A DNA stretch of 64,000 nt from Flavobacteriaceae bacterium. Lineage in GTDB: Bacteria; Bacteroidota; Bacteroidia; Flavobacteriales; Flavobacteriaceae. The position numbers and the translations under genes were made by a program. Numbering within the stretch: position 1 is the first letter of the stretch; every line of letters begins with the position of its first letter. Below the pieces are notes generated by a model that was not told the DNA's origin, made no database searches, and saw nothing but the letters and a program-made list of their open reading frames with translations. This document shows positions 50,000-58,938 of this stretch, piece by piece. The stretch covers positions 5,840 to 69,839 of the forward strand of contig CAXQVI010000017.1 of the NCBI GenBank assembly GCA_964227255.1, in the 5' to 3' direction.

Positions 50000-50019
50000 G
50001 AATATTGTATAAATACAAT

Positions 50020-51708
50020 TTACTCTTTTTTAGTTTTTATTTCAATAACGCCATTTTTTCCTTTGTCACCATATTTCTTTTCAGCACTTTCTCCTTTTAA
50101 GACGTTCATGGATTTAATCTGGTTAGGATTCAGATCTTTCATGGCCTTTTCGTTCGATTCTTTTCCGTCAATGATATAAAGTGGCTTTTCGTTTGAATCA
50201 GTGAAGTAAACAAAGTTTCCTTTTTTCTTAACATGCTTTACATCGTCCCCATCACTTTTGATGATGAAAACATTTTCATCATTCCCTCCATCAGATTTAA
50301 TCTCAACAACCACGTTGTTTTCGTGGTCACCCATTTCTTTAACGATGATTTCATGCTTTTCACCATCACCTTTTTTTACCTCCTGAATCACGATTTTCTT
50401 TTCACCATCTTTTTCGATCCATACATGTTCTTCATCTCCGTCGATAATCACTTTTTTACCCTCCCCTTTTTTTGAGGTCCAAGACATGTTTTCACCACCT
50501 TCTTTGATGATTATAACATTCTCTCCTTTGTCTTTTACTTTGTAGGAATAATGGCTTTTGTGAACTTTCGAAAGACTACTGATGTTTAAATTATTATTAT
50601 CTGAATCGTAAGAGATTTGAATCGGTTTAATAGGTTCGTCGCCTGAAGTGTCGTAAGATGTACTTCCAGACTTGCTCTTAGCCGTTATTTTTATTCCGGT
50701 AATTTCTCCGTCAGAGTTTCTTTTAACGCCTTTAAAAGAAAGTTTTACTCCAAATTCATCATTGAATGTTTTTACTTCGCTGTCTAATGTTTCATCTGTG
50801 GTATTTTTGTCTACGGTTAATTCAACTTTAACCACGTTAATATGAATTTTATCTTCTTTTTCCTGAGCGATAGTTTTAGTATTAAAAGTGAATAGGAAAA
50901 TAGCTAAAACTGGTATTAGTAATGCGTATTTTAATTGATTGCTTTTCCTAGATGGGTTTTTCTGTAACATAATAATTCGGTTTTTTATTATAGAGTTGTA
51001 AAAATTATTTGATATATCGGTGCACAAATTGTTAGTGCAGGTTTTCAATAAGGTTAGTTTGTATAGTTTTTCATTTCTTGAATTTGTCGGAACCTCTGCA
51101 TCTGCCAAAAATTCCAGGTTCTGTTGTACAGCTTTTTTTAATAACCATGCGAACGGATTGAACCATAAAAGAATTACTAAAAGTTGTGTTAATATGGTGT
51201 CTACTGAGTGTAATTGACGGGCATGTGCTAATTCATGTTCAACAATTAAGTTTAATTCTTGTTGTGAAAAATGATCTGGATTGTATACTATCGTATTAAA
51301 GAAAGAAAAAGGAGCGATGTTTTGTTTCGTCTTTACAAATCGATAAGACCCATTTTTTTGAATATCATTTTTTCTGAGAAATAAGAAGAGAGATGCAAAT
51401 TGGAGTACTAATTTCAAAAGCAGAACGACCACTCCTAATAAATAAACGGATACCAATAATTTAATCCAGTCGAAAGATTTTGCGGCAACGACGTCAGTAG
51501 AGCCCTCTGTGAAATAATATCCTTCTAATTTTTGAGCAACGGCTTCGATATAAACTGGAATTTCAATTAAAGGTAGGAGGGTAGCTATAAATAATCCCAC
51601 TATGAAATAGGTCCTGATACTTTTGAAAAAGGTTTCATTTCTTAAAAAGAAATAATAGAATCCAACTAAGATAATGACAAGTAAACTTGATTTTAATAAG
51701 TAATCCAT
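50020..51708 (-). CDS. BlaR1-like M56 metallopeptidase/signal transducer with repeat-rich linker and TonB-receptor-plug-like C-terminus
   Basis: N-terminal TM segments and the HExxH motif HELAHARQLH. An acidic/basic short-repeat region precedes the C-terminal PLYIIDGKE...IKSMNVLKGESAEKKYGDKGKNGVIEIKTKK. Confidence 0.8.
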   Translation of the reverse strand: MDYLLKSSLLVIILVGFYYFFLRNETFFKSIRTYFIVGLFIATLLPLIEIPVYIEAVAQKLEGYYFTEGSTDVVAAKSFDWIKLLVSVYLLGVVVLLLKLVLQFASLFLFLRKNDIQKNGSYRFVKTKQNIAPFSFFNTIVYNPDHFSQQELNLIVEHELAHARQLHSVDTILTQLLVILLWFNPFAWLLKKAVQQNLEFLADAEVPTNSRNEKLYKLTLLKTCTNNLCTDISNNFYNSIIKNRIIMLQKNPSRKSNQLKYALLIPVLAIFLFTFNTKTIAQEKEDKIHINVVKVELTVDKNTTDETLDSEVKTFNDEFGVKLSFKGVKRNSDGEITGIKITAKSKSGSTSYDTSGDEPIKPIQISYDSDNNNLNISSLSKVHKSHYSYKVKDKGENVIIIKEGGENMSWTSKKGEGKKVIIDGDEEHVWIEKDGEKKIVIQEVKKGDGEKHEIIVKEMGDHENNVVVEIKSDGGNDENVFIIKSDGDDVKHVKKKGNFVYFTDSNEKPLYIIDGKESNEKAMKDLNPNQIKSMNVLKGESAEKKYGDKGKNGVIEIKTKKE

Positions 51709-51711
51709 GGT

Positions 51712-52068
51712 TTATTTCTTTTCAATTAGTTTGATAATTTCCCTCAGTTCTTCAGCACTGATTTTTTCTTCTTGGGCAAAAAATGATACAACATTCTTAT
51801 AAGAATTTTGGAAGTAAGAATTCACTGCGTTCGAGAAAAAGGTTTTTCGATAATGTTCTTTTGTAATAACAGGGAAATACCTGAATGTGTTGCCAAAAGC
51901 TTCATGGGCTACAAATCCTTTATCCTCCATTTTTCTTATAACTGTTGAAACTGTATTATAGTGAGGTTTCGGACTTGGTAATTTAGCTACGACTTCTTTT
52001 ACGAAAGCCTTTTTAAGATCCCATAAAACATGCATGATTTCTTCCTCTTTTGCTGTTAGTTTTTGCAT
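51712..52068 (-). CDS. BlaI/MecI/CopY-family transcriptional repressor (second copy)
   Basis: MQKLTAKEEEIMHVLWD...PHYNTVSTVIRKMEDKGFV. The ATG at 52068 is preferred because the -7 box and the palindromes lie inside the longer ORF-track version. Confidence 0.85.
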   Translation of the reverse strand: MQKLTAKEEEIMHVLWDLKKAFVKEVVAKLPSPKPHYNTVSTVIRKMEDKGFVAHEAFGNTFRYFPVITKEHYRKTFFSNAVNSYFQNSYKNVVSFFAQEEKISAEELREIIKLIEKK

Positions 52069-52086
52069 AGAATGTTCATTTTTAAC

Positions 52087-52130
52087 CAAATATAAACTAT
52101 AAAAATAGTTGCACAACTACAAAAATAGTT
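52087..52130 (-). promoter_or_regulatory. two tandem 16-bp palindromes (candidate BlaI operators) abutting a TATATTTG -7 box
   Basis: AACTATAAAAATAGTT at 52095-52110 and AACTACAAAAATAGTT at 52115-52130. The -7 box (reverse complement of CAAATATA) is at 52087-52094, 19 nt before the ATG at 52068. Confidence 0.5.
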
Positions 52131-52207
52131 ATTTAACAAAAATTTACAATAATTTTAATTCAATCTTAAAATTTGAATTACCCTATATTTGCACAAAAAT
52201 TAATTTA

Positions 52208-53143
52208 ATGGATTTCGGATTTGTTCTTGCAGGCCTTGTGCTTTTGATTTTGGGAGGAAACTGGTTATTGAAGGCTTCGGTTGGATTTTCACTACGATTA
52301 CAAATTCCAAAAATTGTGATTGGTATGACCATTGTATCTTTCGCCACTTCAGCTCCCGAACTTATTGTGAGTGTCAATGCAGCTCTTGACGGGCATGCGG
52401 ATATTGCTCTTGGAAATGTAGTAGGTTCTAATATCGCTAACCTAGGACTAGTACTTGGAATTACTGTTCTTTTGTCAACCATTTATGTTGAGAAAAGTTT
52501 TTATAAAATTGACTGGCCTGTAATGATGATTGCAACACTGATGTTGTATGGTTTTATTGCCTTCGATGGTTTATTACAGCAATATGAAGGGATTATATTA
52601 TTTTCTTTCCTGATTATATTCTTAATTTATTTATTGCGATATCAAACAGTTGCTGTAGTTGATGAAATGCCGGAAGATGATGAAGAATTGCCCTTATATA
52701 AGAACTTAATTTATATGGTAATTGGAGGTGTTGCTCTTTGGAGTGGGTCGGAGCTAATTATAGACGGAGCTATTGGAATTGCAAAGCAATTTGAAATCAG
52801 TGAACGAATTATTGGAATTACCATTGTATCGGTTGGGACTAGTATCCCTGAATTAGCTGCTTCAGTTATTGCTATATTAAATAAAGAGAAAGCAATATCA
52901 ATCGGTAACCTAATTGGTTCCAATGTTTTTAATATTTTGGCTGTTTTAGGAATAACATCCATGATTACTCCAATAACAGTTCAGGATTATACATTAATTA
53001 CAAGCGATATCTACTGGATGTTAGCCATTTCATTAATGGTGTTTCCATTGGTTTTTGTTCCAAAGCGCATGCAGCTTGGGTGGAGAGAGGGAATCATTTT
53101 GTTAGGATTTTATATCACTTTTATGATTGTGACATTTTCTTAG
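52208..53143 (+). CDS. CaCA-family sodium/calcium exchanger (YrbG-like)
   Basis: Two alpha-repeats, GNVVGSNIANLGLVLG and GNLIGSNVFNILAVLG, and about 10 TM segments. The ATG at 52208 is preferred. Confidence 0.88.
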   Translation: MDFGFVLAGLVLLILGGNWLLKASVGFSLRLQIPKIVIGMTIVSFATSAPELIVSVNAALDGHADIALGNVVGSNIANLGLVLGITVLLSTIYVEKSFYKIDWPVMMIATLMLYGFIAFDGLLQQYEGIILFSFLIIFLIYLLRYQTVAVVDEMPEDDEELPLYKNLIYMVIGGVALWSGSELIIDGAIGIAKQFEISERIIGITIVSVGTSIPELAASVIAILNKEKAISIGNLIGSNVFNILAVLGITSMITPITVQDYTLITSDIYWMLAISLMVFPLVFVPKRMQLGWREGIILLGFYITFMIVTFS

Positions 53144-53181
53144 GAGGCGTCGCTTAAAACTAAATTGTGATCTCCAAGTGT

Positions 53182-53206
53182 GTCATCCTCAGCTTGACTG
53201 GGAATC
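53182..53206. repeat. second copy-like GTCATCC...GGAATC short intergenic element
   Basis: GTCATCCTCAGCTTGACTGGGAATC resembles the element at 29723. Confidence 0.2.
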
Positions 53207-53240
53207 TATAAGTTGTAAACAATAGCATTTCCTTATACAT

Positions 53241-53271
53241 AAAAAAAACACCGCATTGCGGTGTTTTTTTT
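53241..53271. terminator. bidirectional intrinsic terminator
   Basis: A8-CACCGC-att-GCGGTG-T9, between convergent genes. Confidence 0.75.
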
Positions 53272-53296
53272 CATTTAAATTATATTGAATTGTCGA

Positions 53297-54307
53297 CTAT
53301 AACTTAGCAGACTTAACAGTTTCAATAATTCTTCCAGCAATTTTGTATGGATCTCCATTAGAAGCAGGTCTTCTGTCTTCTAACCATCCTTTCCATCCTT
53401 TTTCAACAGTGATAATTGGAATTCGGATAGAAGCTCCGCGGTCAGATACTCCATAGCTGAAATCAGAGTGGTGTGCAGTTTCGTGCAAACCAGTCAAACG
53501 CTCATCATTAAATGCTCCATATACTGCCATATGTTCATCAGCAACAGGTCTGAAAGCTTCACAGATTTTCTCATAAATTTCTTTAGAACCACAAGTTCTT
53601 AAAGTAGTATTAGAGAAGTTCGCGTGCATACCAGATCCGTTCCAGTCTCCTTTTACTGGTTTTGGGTGGTACTCAATATAGTAACCATATTTTTCAGTCA
53701 ATCTGTCTAGTAAATATCTAGCAATCCAGATTTCATCACCAGCAGTTTTAGCACCTTTAGCGAAAATTTGGAATTCCCATTGTCCTGGAGCAACTTCTTG
53801 ATTGATTCCTTCGAAGTTTAATCCGGCTTCAATACAAAGATCGGCATGTTCTTCAACAAAATCTCTACCCCAAGTGTAACGTCCACCAACAGAACAGTAA
53901 TATTTACCTTGTGGTCCAGGGAATCCTCCACGTGGGAACCCTAATGGTAAATCAGTAGCAGTATCCATTAAGAAATATTCCTGCTCAAATCCGAACCAGA
54001 AATCATTATCATTGTCATCAATTGCAGCTCTTGCATTAGACTCATGTGGTGTTCCGTCAGCTTTTAAAACTTCCGACATTACTAACCATCCATTCTTTCT
54101 TGTTGGATCTGGATAAATAGCAACAGGTTTTAACAAACAATCAGAAGATCCACCAGAAGCTTGCTCTGTTGAAGAACCATCGAATGACCAAATATCACAA
54201 TCTTCTAATTTACCACTAAAATCATCTTCGATTTTAGTTTTACTTCTCATGTTTTGAGTTGGTTGATGACCATCTAACCAAATGTACTCTAATTTTGATT
54301 TACTCAT
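53297..54307 (-). CDS. glnII: glutamine synthetase type II
   Basis: KLEYIWLDGHQPTQNMRSKTKI N-terminus. The catalytic region FGFEQEYFL, NQEVAPGQWEF and GSGMHANFS has eukaryote-like GSII character. Confidence 0.9.
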   Translation of the reverse strand: MSKSKLEYIWLDGHQPTQNMRSKTKIEDDFSGKLEDCDIWSFDGSSTEQASGGSSDCLLKPVAIYPDPTRKNGWLVMSEVLKADGTPHESNARAAIDDNDNDFWFGFEQEYFLMDTATDLPLGFPRGGFPGPQGKYYCSVGGRYTWGRDFVEEHADLCIEAGLNFEGINQEVAPGQWEFQIFAKGAKTAGDEIWIARYLLDRLTEKYGYYIEYHPKPVKGDWNGSGMHANFSNTTLRTCGSKEIYEKICEAFRPVADEHMAVYGAFNDERLTGLHETAHHSDFSYGVSDRGASIRIPIITVEKGWKGWLEDRRPASNGDPYKIAGRIIETVKSAKL

Positions 54308-54363
54308 AAAGTGGTTATTTAATAAAATATATAACTAATAATGTCGCAAATGTAAAATTTAAA

Positions 54364-54453
54364 GTCTAAATGCGAAAATTTTAGGGGTGTAAATGTGCTA
54401 TTTTACCCTAATTTTATTTGAACCCCTATTTTTTAGGGGGTCTAAATGAAAAT
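54364..54453. promoter_or_regulatory. repeated motifs in the glnII/glnN divergent region
   Basis: GTCTAAATGCGAAAAT (54364-54379) and GTCTAAATGAAAAT (54440-54453). TAGGGG/CCCTA half-sites lie at 54382, 54406, 54423 and 54434, and TAGGGGTGTAAATG at 54382-54395. Confidence 0.4.
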
Positions 54454-54539
54454 ATTTCAAAAAAACGAGAATATTTTGTAATATTGTTATTCAGTTCATC
54501 TGAATTAAATGTATCTTCGTACTACAAAATAACCTATAT

Positions 54540-56726
54540 ATGAGTATTATTCGATTCAATGCAATTGCCGAATCTCAAAAAAGGCAACCTGTTGATATTA
54601 AGGAAATTGAAAAGCGTTCAGAAATTTTTGGCAAACATGTATTCAAGGATTTGACGATGCGTCAATATCTTCCTTCGGAAGCATATGCCGGAGTTAAAGA
54701 TGCTGTAGAAAACGGAAAGAAGATTGATCGTAAAATTGCTGGACAGGTAGCTGCAGCCATGAAAGAATGGGCTATGTCGAAAAATGTGACTCATTACACC
54801 CACTGGTTTCAACCTTTAACTGGAGCTACAGCCGAAAAGCATGATGCCTTTTTTCAGACCATGGAAGATGGTTTTGCCATTGAAAAATTCGGAGGGGATC
54901 AGTTAGTTCAGCAAGAACCGGATGCATCAAGTTTTCCTCATGGTGGAATTAGGAATACTTTTGAAGCTCGTGGATATACAGCATGGGATCCATCATCTCC
55001 TGCCTTTATATATGGTACCACTTTATGTATTCCTACCATTTTTGTGGCCTATACTGGTGAAGCTCTTGATCATAAGACACCGTTATTAAGAGCCCTGAGT
55101 GCAATTGATTATGCTGCAACCGATATTTGTAAGTACTTCGATAAGAATGTGAAAAAGGTACATACATCTTTAGGATGGGAGCAGGAATATTTTTTAATAG
55201 ACCAGTCCCTAGTTGAGAGTCGTCCCGACCTAATTTTAACGGGCAGGACCTTATTAGGACATTCTCCTGCGAAAGGTCAGCAGTTAGACGATCACTATTT
55301 CGGTTCTATACCGGATAGGGCATTGAATTTTATGCGTGAACTGGAACGTGAATGTATGTATTTGGGTATACCAATAAAAACACGTCATAATGAGGTGGCT
55401 CCAAATCAGTTTGAAATTGCACCTATTTATGAAGAAGCAAATTTAGCGGTAGACCATAACTCCTTATTAATGGATGTGATGGGAAAAATCGCCTCTAGAC
55501 ATAATTTTAAAGTCTTGTTGCATGAAAAACCATTTGCTGGAGTAAATGGAAGTGGTAAGCACAATAACTGGTCTTTGACAACAGATACGGGAATTAATTT
55601 ATTAGGACCGGGGAAAACCCCAATGAGTAACCTTCAGTTTTTAACGTTCTTTATCAATACAATAAAGGCAGTAAAGGAATATGAAGAGTTATTGCGATCA
55701 GCTACGGCTTCTGCAGGTAATGATGAACGACTAGGTTCAAGTGAGGCACCACCATCAATTATGTCTATTTTTATTGGTGAACAATTGACAAAGGTTTTGG
55801 AAGATTTGGAAGGAGTTACGAAAGGAAAGCTTTCTCCTGAAGAGAAGACAGATCTTAAATTAAACGTGATTGGAAAAATTCCTGATGTTCTTCTGGATAA
55901 TACTGATAGGAACAGAACATCACCTTTCGCATTTACAGGAAATAAATTTGAATTCCGAGCAGTAGGAGCTACAGCAAACTGTGCCCACCCCATGACTGTT
56001 TTGAATACTATTATAGCGAAACAACTGAAAGATTTCAAAGCTGAGGCAGATGTCCTAATTGATAAGAAAGGATTTAAGAAGGATGAAGCCATTTTTAATA
56101 TTCTGAGAGAATATATAAAAGACTCGAAGTCCATTCTGTTCGAAGGAAATAGTTACGAAGATAAATGGGAAAAAGAAGCGAAAAAGAGAGGGTTGAGCAA
56201 TAATAACACAACTCCAGAGGCCTTAAAAGTGCGTTTATCAGAACAATCACTGGCTTTATTTGAAGAGATGCAGGTTTTGAGTCGTACTGAAATGCAGGCC
56301 AGATATGAAATTGATGCAGAGTCTTACGTAAAACGCATTCAGATTGAATCCAGAGTTTTGGGAGATATAGCCAGAAATCATATTGTTCCAACAGCAGTAA
56401 AGTATCAAAATACGTTGATAGAAAATGTATCCGGACTAAAAGAAATATTCGGAGAAGAATTCAAATTCCACGCAAAACAACAAATCAGTTTGATTAAAAG
56501 AATTTCTGAGCATATTGAGGGTATTCATGGAAAAGTAGAGCTCATGATTGAGGCTCGTAAAAAAGCAAACACGATCAAAGATGCTACTAAAAGGGCTGAA
56601 TCTTATTGTAATAAAGTAAGGCCTTTCTTATCTGAAATTAGATACCACTGCGATAAACTGGAGCTTATGATAGACGATGAGCTTTGGCCACTTACCAAAT
56701 ACAGAGAACTGATGTTTACGAGATGA
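54540..56726 (+). CDS. glnN: glutamine synthetase type III
   Basis: 728 aa. VTHYTHWFQPLTGATAEKHD, QQEPDASSFPHGGIRNTFEARGYTAWD, TRHNEVAPNQFE and GSGKHNNWS are GSIII hallmarks. Confidence 0.93.
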   Translation: MSIIRFNAIAESQKRQPVDIKEIEKRSEIFGKHVFKDLTMRQYLPSEAYAGVKDAVENGKKIDRKIAGQVAAAMKEWAMSKNVTHYTHWFQPLTGATAEKHDAFFQTMEDGFAIEKFGGDQLVQQEPDASSFPHGGIRNTFEARGYTAWDPSSPAFIYGTTLCIPTIFVAYTGEALDHKTPLLRALSAIDYAATDICKYFDKNVKKVHTSLGWEQEYFLIDQSLVESRPDLILTGRTLLGHSPAKGQQLDDHYFGSIPDRALNFMRELERECMYLGIPIKTRHNEVAPNQFEIAPIYEEANLAVDHNSLLMDVMGKIASRHNFKVLLHEKPFAGVNGSGKHNNWSLTTDTGINLLGPGKTPMSNLQFLTFFINTIKAVKEYEELLRSATASAGNDERLGSSEAPPSIMSIFIGEQLTKVLEDLEGVTKGKLSPEEKTDLKLNVIGKIPDVLLDNTDRNRTSPFAFTGNKFEFRAVGATANCAHPMTVLNTIIAKQLKDFKAEADVLIDKKGFKKDEAIFNILREYIKDSKSILFEGNSYEDKWEKEAKKRGLSNNNTTPEALKVRLSEQSLALFEEMQVLSRTEMQARYEIDAESYVKRIQIESRVLGDIARNHIVPTAVKYQNTLIENVSGLKEIFGEEFKFHAKQQISLIKRISEHIEGIHGKVELMIEARKKANTIKDATKRAESYCNKVRPFLSEIRYHCDKLELMIDDELWPLTKYRELMFTR

Positions 56727-56731
56727 TAATT

Positions 56732-56764
56732 AAAGCCCTGAATGATTACATTCAGGGCTTTTTA
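56732..56764 (+). terminator. intrinsic terminator after glnN
   Basis: 13-bp stem AAAGCCCTGAATG / CATTCAGGGCTTT followed by TTT. Confidence 0.75.
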
Positions 56765-56819
56765 ATTTCATGAATTAAAAAGAAAAACTACTTTTGCACA
56801 ACAACACAATTTACTACTC

Positions 56820-57998
56820 ATGAGTTCAGAAATTAGCAAGCGTTACAGTCAAAGAGGAGTGTCGGCATCAAAGGAAGATGTGCACAATGCTATCAAAAAT
56901 GTAGATAAAGGTTTATTCCCAAAAGCCTTCTGTAAAATTGTTCCTGATTATTTGACAAACGACGAAGATTACTGTTTAATCATGCATGCCGATGGTGCAG
57001 GAACTAAGTCGTCTTTAGCCTATATGTACTGGAAAGAAACGGGAGATCTTACTGTTTGGAAAGGAATCGCTCAGGACGCGCTAATTATGAATATCGATGA
57101 CTTGCTATGTGTTGGTGCAACCGACAATATCATGTTGTCATCGACTATAGGTAGAAACAAGAATAAAATTCCAGGTGCAGTAATTTCTGAAATTATTAAC
57201 GGAACTGAAGAATTACTTAATGAACTCGAAGGATTTGGAGTGAAAATTCATTCTACTGGAGGTGAAACTGCTGATGTTGGTGATTTGGTAAGAACAATCA
57301 TTGTTGATTCTACCGTTACTGCTCGTATGAAACGTTCTGATGTGATCGATAATGCAAATATCAAACCTGGAAATGTGATTGTAGGTTTGGCTTCTTTCGG
57401 ACAAGCGGCTTACGAAACTGAATACAATGGTGGAATGGGGTCGAACGGATTGACTTCAGCGCGTCACGATGTCTTCTCAAAATACCTTGCTGAAAAATAT
57501 CCTGAAAGTTTTGATGCTGAGGTTCCAAACGCATTGGTCTACTCAGGGAAAACTAAACTGACTGATGATGTTGAAAACTCACCCATCGACGCAGGGAAAT
57601 TAGTGTTGTCACCAACCAGAACCTATGCTCCTATTATTAAAAAGGTTTTAGAAAAGTATTCTTCCGAAGAAATTAATGGAATGGTGCACTGTAGTGGAGG
57701 AGCTCAGACAAAAATTCTTCATTTTGTGGATCAAAATCATATTATCAAAGACAATATGTTCGAGATTCCACCGCTTTTCAAACTAATTCAGGAGCAAAGT
57801 AAAACAGACTGGAAAGAGATGTACCAGGTATTCAACTGCGGTCACCGTATGGAGTTGTACGTAACTCCGGAAGTCGCTGACGATATCATCGCTATTTCAA
57901 AAAGTTTTAATGTAGATGCTCAGATTATTGGTAGAGTAGAAGCTTCTGAAGAGAAGAAGCTGACGATTCAAAGTGAGTACGGAACTTTTGAGTATTAA
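56820..57998 (+). CDS. purM: phosphoribosylformylglycinamidine cyclo-ligase (long Bacteroidota-type AIR synthase)
   Basis: 392 aa with PurM-like N- and C-domains (HADGAGTKS, DDLLCVGA). Confidence 0.8.
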   Translation: MSSEISKRYSQRGVSASKEDVHNAIKNVDKGLFPKAFCKIVPDYLTNDEDYCLIMHADGAGTKSSLAYMYWKETGDLTVWKGIAQDALIMNIDDLLCVGATDNIMLSSTIGRNKNKIPGAVISEIINGTEELLNELEGFGVKIHSTGGETADVGDLVRTIIVDSTVTARMKRSDVIDNANIKPGNVIVGLASFGQAAYETEYNGGMGSNGLTSARHDVFSKYLAEKYPESFDAEVPNALVYSGKTKLTDDVENSPIDAGKLVLSPTRTYAPIIKKVLEKYSSEEINGMVHCSGGAQTKILHFVDQNHIIKDNMFEIPPLFKLIQEQSKTDWKEMYQVFNCGHRMELYVTPEVADDIIAISKSFNVDAQIIGRVEASEEKKLTIQSEYGTFEY

Positions 57999-58648
57999 AG
58001 TCTGGCGTACTTATAAAACTCAAGTTCACTTAAGTTTTTAACCTTTTTATTCCAACCGTCTTTTAACAGATAAAGGTCGTCTGATATTTCGGTCACATAT
58101 TTATACATGTGGTCTGTGATAATAATTCCTTTTTCGTGTTTCTCTTCCTGAATTAATTCAATGATAGTGTTGATATAAATTGGAGCAATATGAGAGAACG
58201 GTTCATCCAATAAGACAAATTTGCTCTGAGATTTAAGAATCAAATAGGTTTCGATGATTCTTTTTTCACCACCCGACAAGTATTTAAATCTTGTGGATTT
58301 AATTTCTTCCAAAGAAGGAAAATGAGTTATGAATTCCTCAAAGTTGATTCCAAATAACTTAAAAGCCTTCTTCACAGAAACACTGCCTGGAATGAAATGG
58401 AATTGTGGTAAATATTTGACTTCACCAGTTCTTAGGTAAGGTTTTAAAATAGTTTTTGAATTTACTCGCAAGGATTTGGTTTGTGGAAGCAGTGAGCCAA
58501 AAATTATTTTTAACAAACACGATTTTCCACATCCATTGCTTCCCAATACTCCGGTGATTTTACCAGTTTCACATTTCAAATAAATACTATTCAAAACTTC
58601 TTCATAACCAAACTTGAGATAGACTCCGTCAATTTCTAAAATATCCAT
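57995..58648 (-). CDS. ABC transporter ATP-binding protein (single NBD, 217 aa)
   Basis: Walker A GSNGCGKS, Q-loop YLPQ, signature LSGGEKR, Walker B VLLDEP and H-loop ITDH. Confidence 0.85.
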   Translation of the reverse strand: MDILEIDGVYLKFGYEEVLNSIYLKCETGKITGVLGSNGCGKSCLLKIIFGSLLPQTKSLRVNSKTILKPYLRTGEVKYLPQFHFIPGSVSVKKAFKLFGINFEEFITHFPSLEEIKSTRFKYLSGGEKRIIETYLILKSQSKFVLLDEPFSHIAPIYINTIIELIQEEKHEKGIIITDHMYKYVTEISDDLYLLKDGWNKKVKNLSELEFYKYARL

Positions 58649-58938
58649 AGCAGTTTTATAATTAGAATGAATAGTAAAAAGTCGACGAGTATGGTAAAAC
58701 TATATAGGTTTCGTATTGTTATTCCTTGATTGTAGTAGAAATAAAACTTTTCTCGCTTCATGTCATACAACCACTCTATTCCGAATATTAGAAGTAGCAC
58801 AAATAACTTAATTACATATCCGGCAGCCATGAAACTGAATCCAAAAGCCTTTATCTGCATTGCAACAAAATATGAGGCAAGGATTAACAGGGGAGATCGT
58901 TTTAAAAAATATCTAAATAGCAATTTTAGTTTAAGCAT
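58636..58938 (-). CDS. hypothetical 100-aa three-TM membrane protein
   Basis: Three hydrophobic helices. Its start codon shares one nucleotide with the nitrilase stop (TGATG), and its 3' end overlaps the ABC ATPase start by 13 nt. Confidence 0.5.
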   Translation of the reverse strand: MLKLKLLFRYFLKRSPLLILASYFVAMQIKAFGFSFMAAGYVIKLFVLLLIFGIEWLYDMKREKFYFYYNQGITIRNLYSFTILVDFLLFILIIKLLWIF

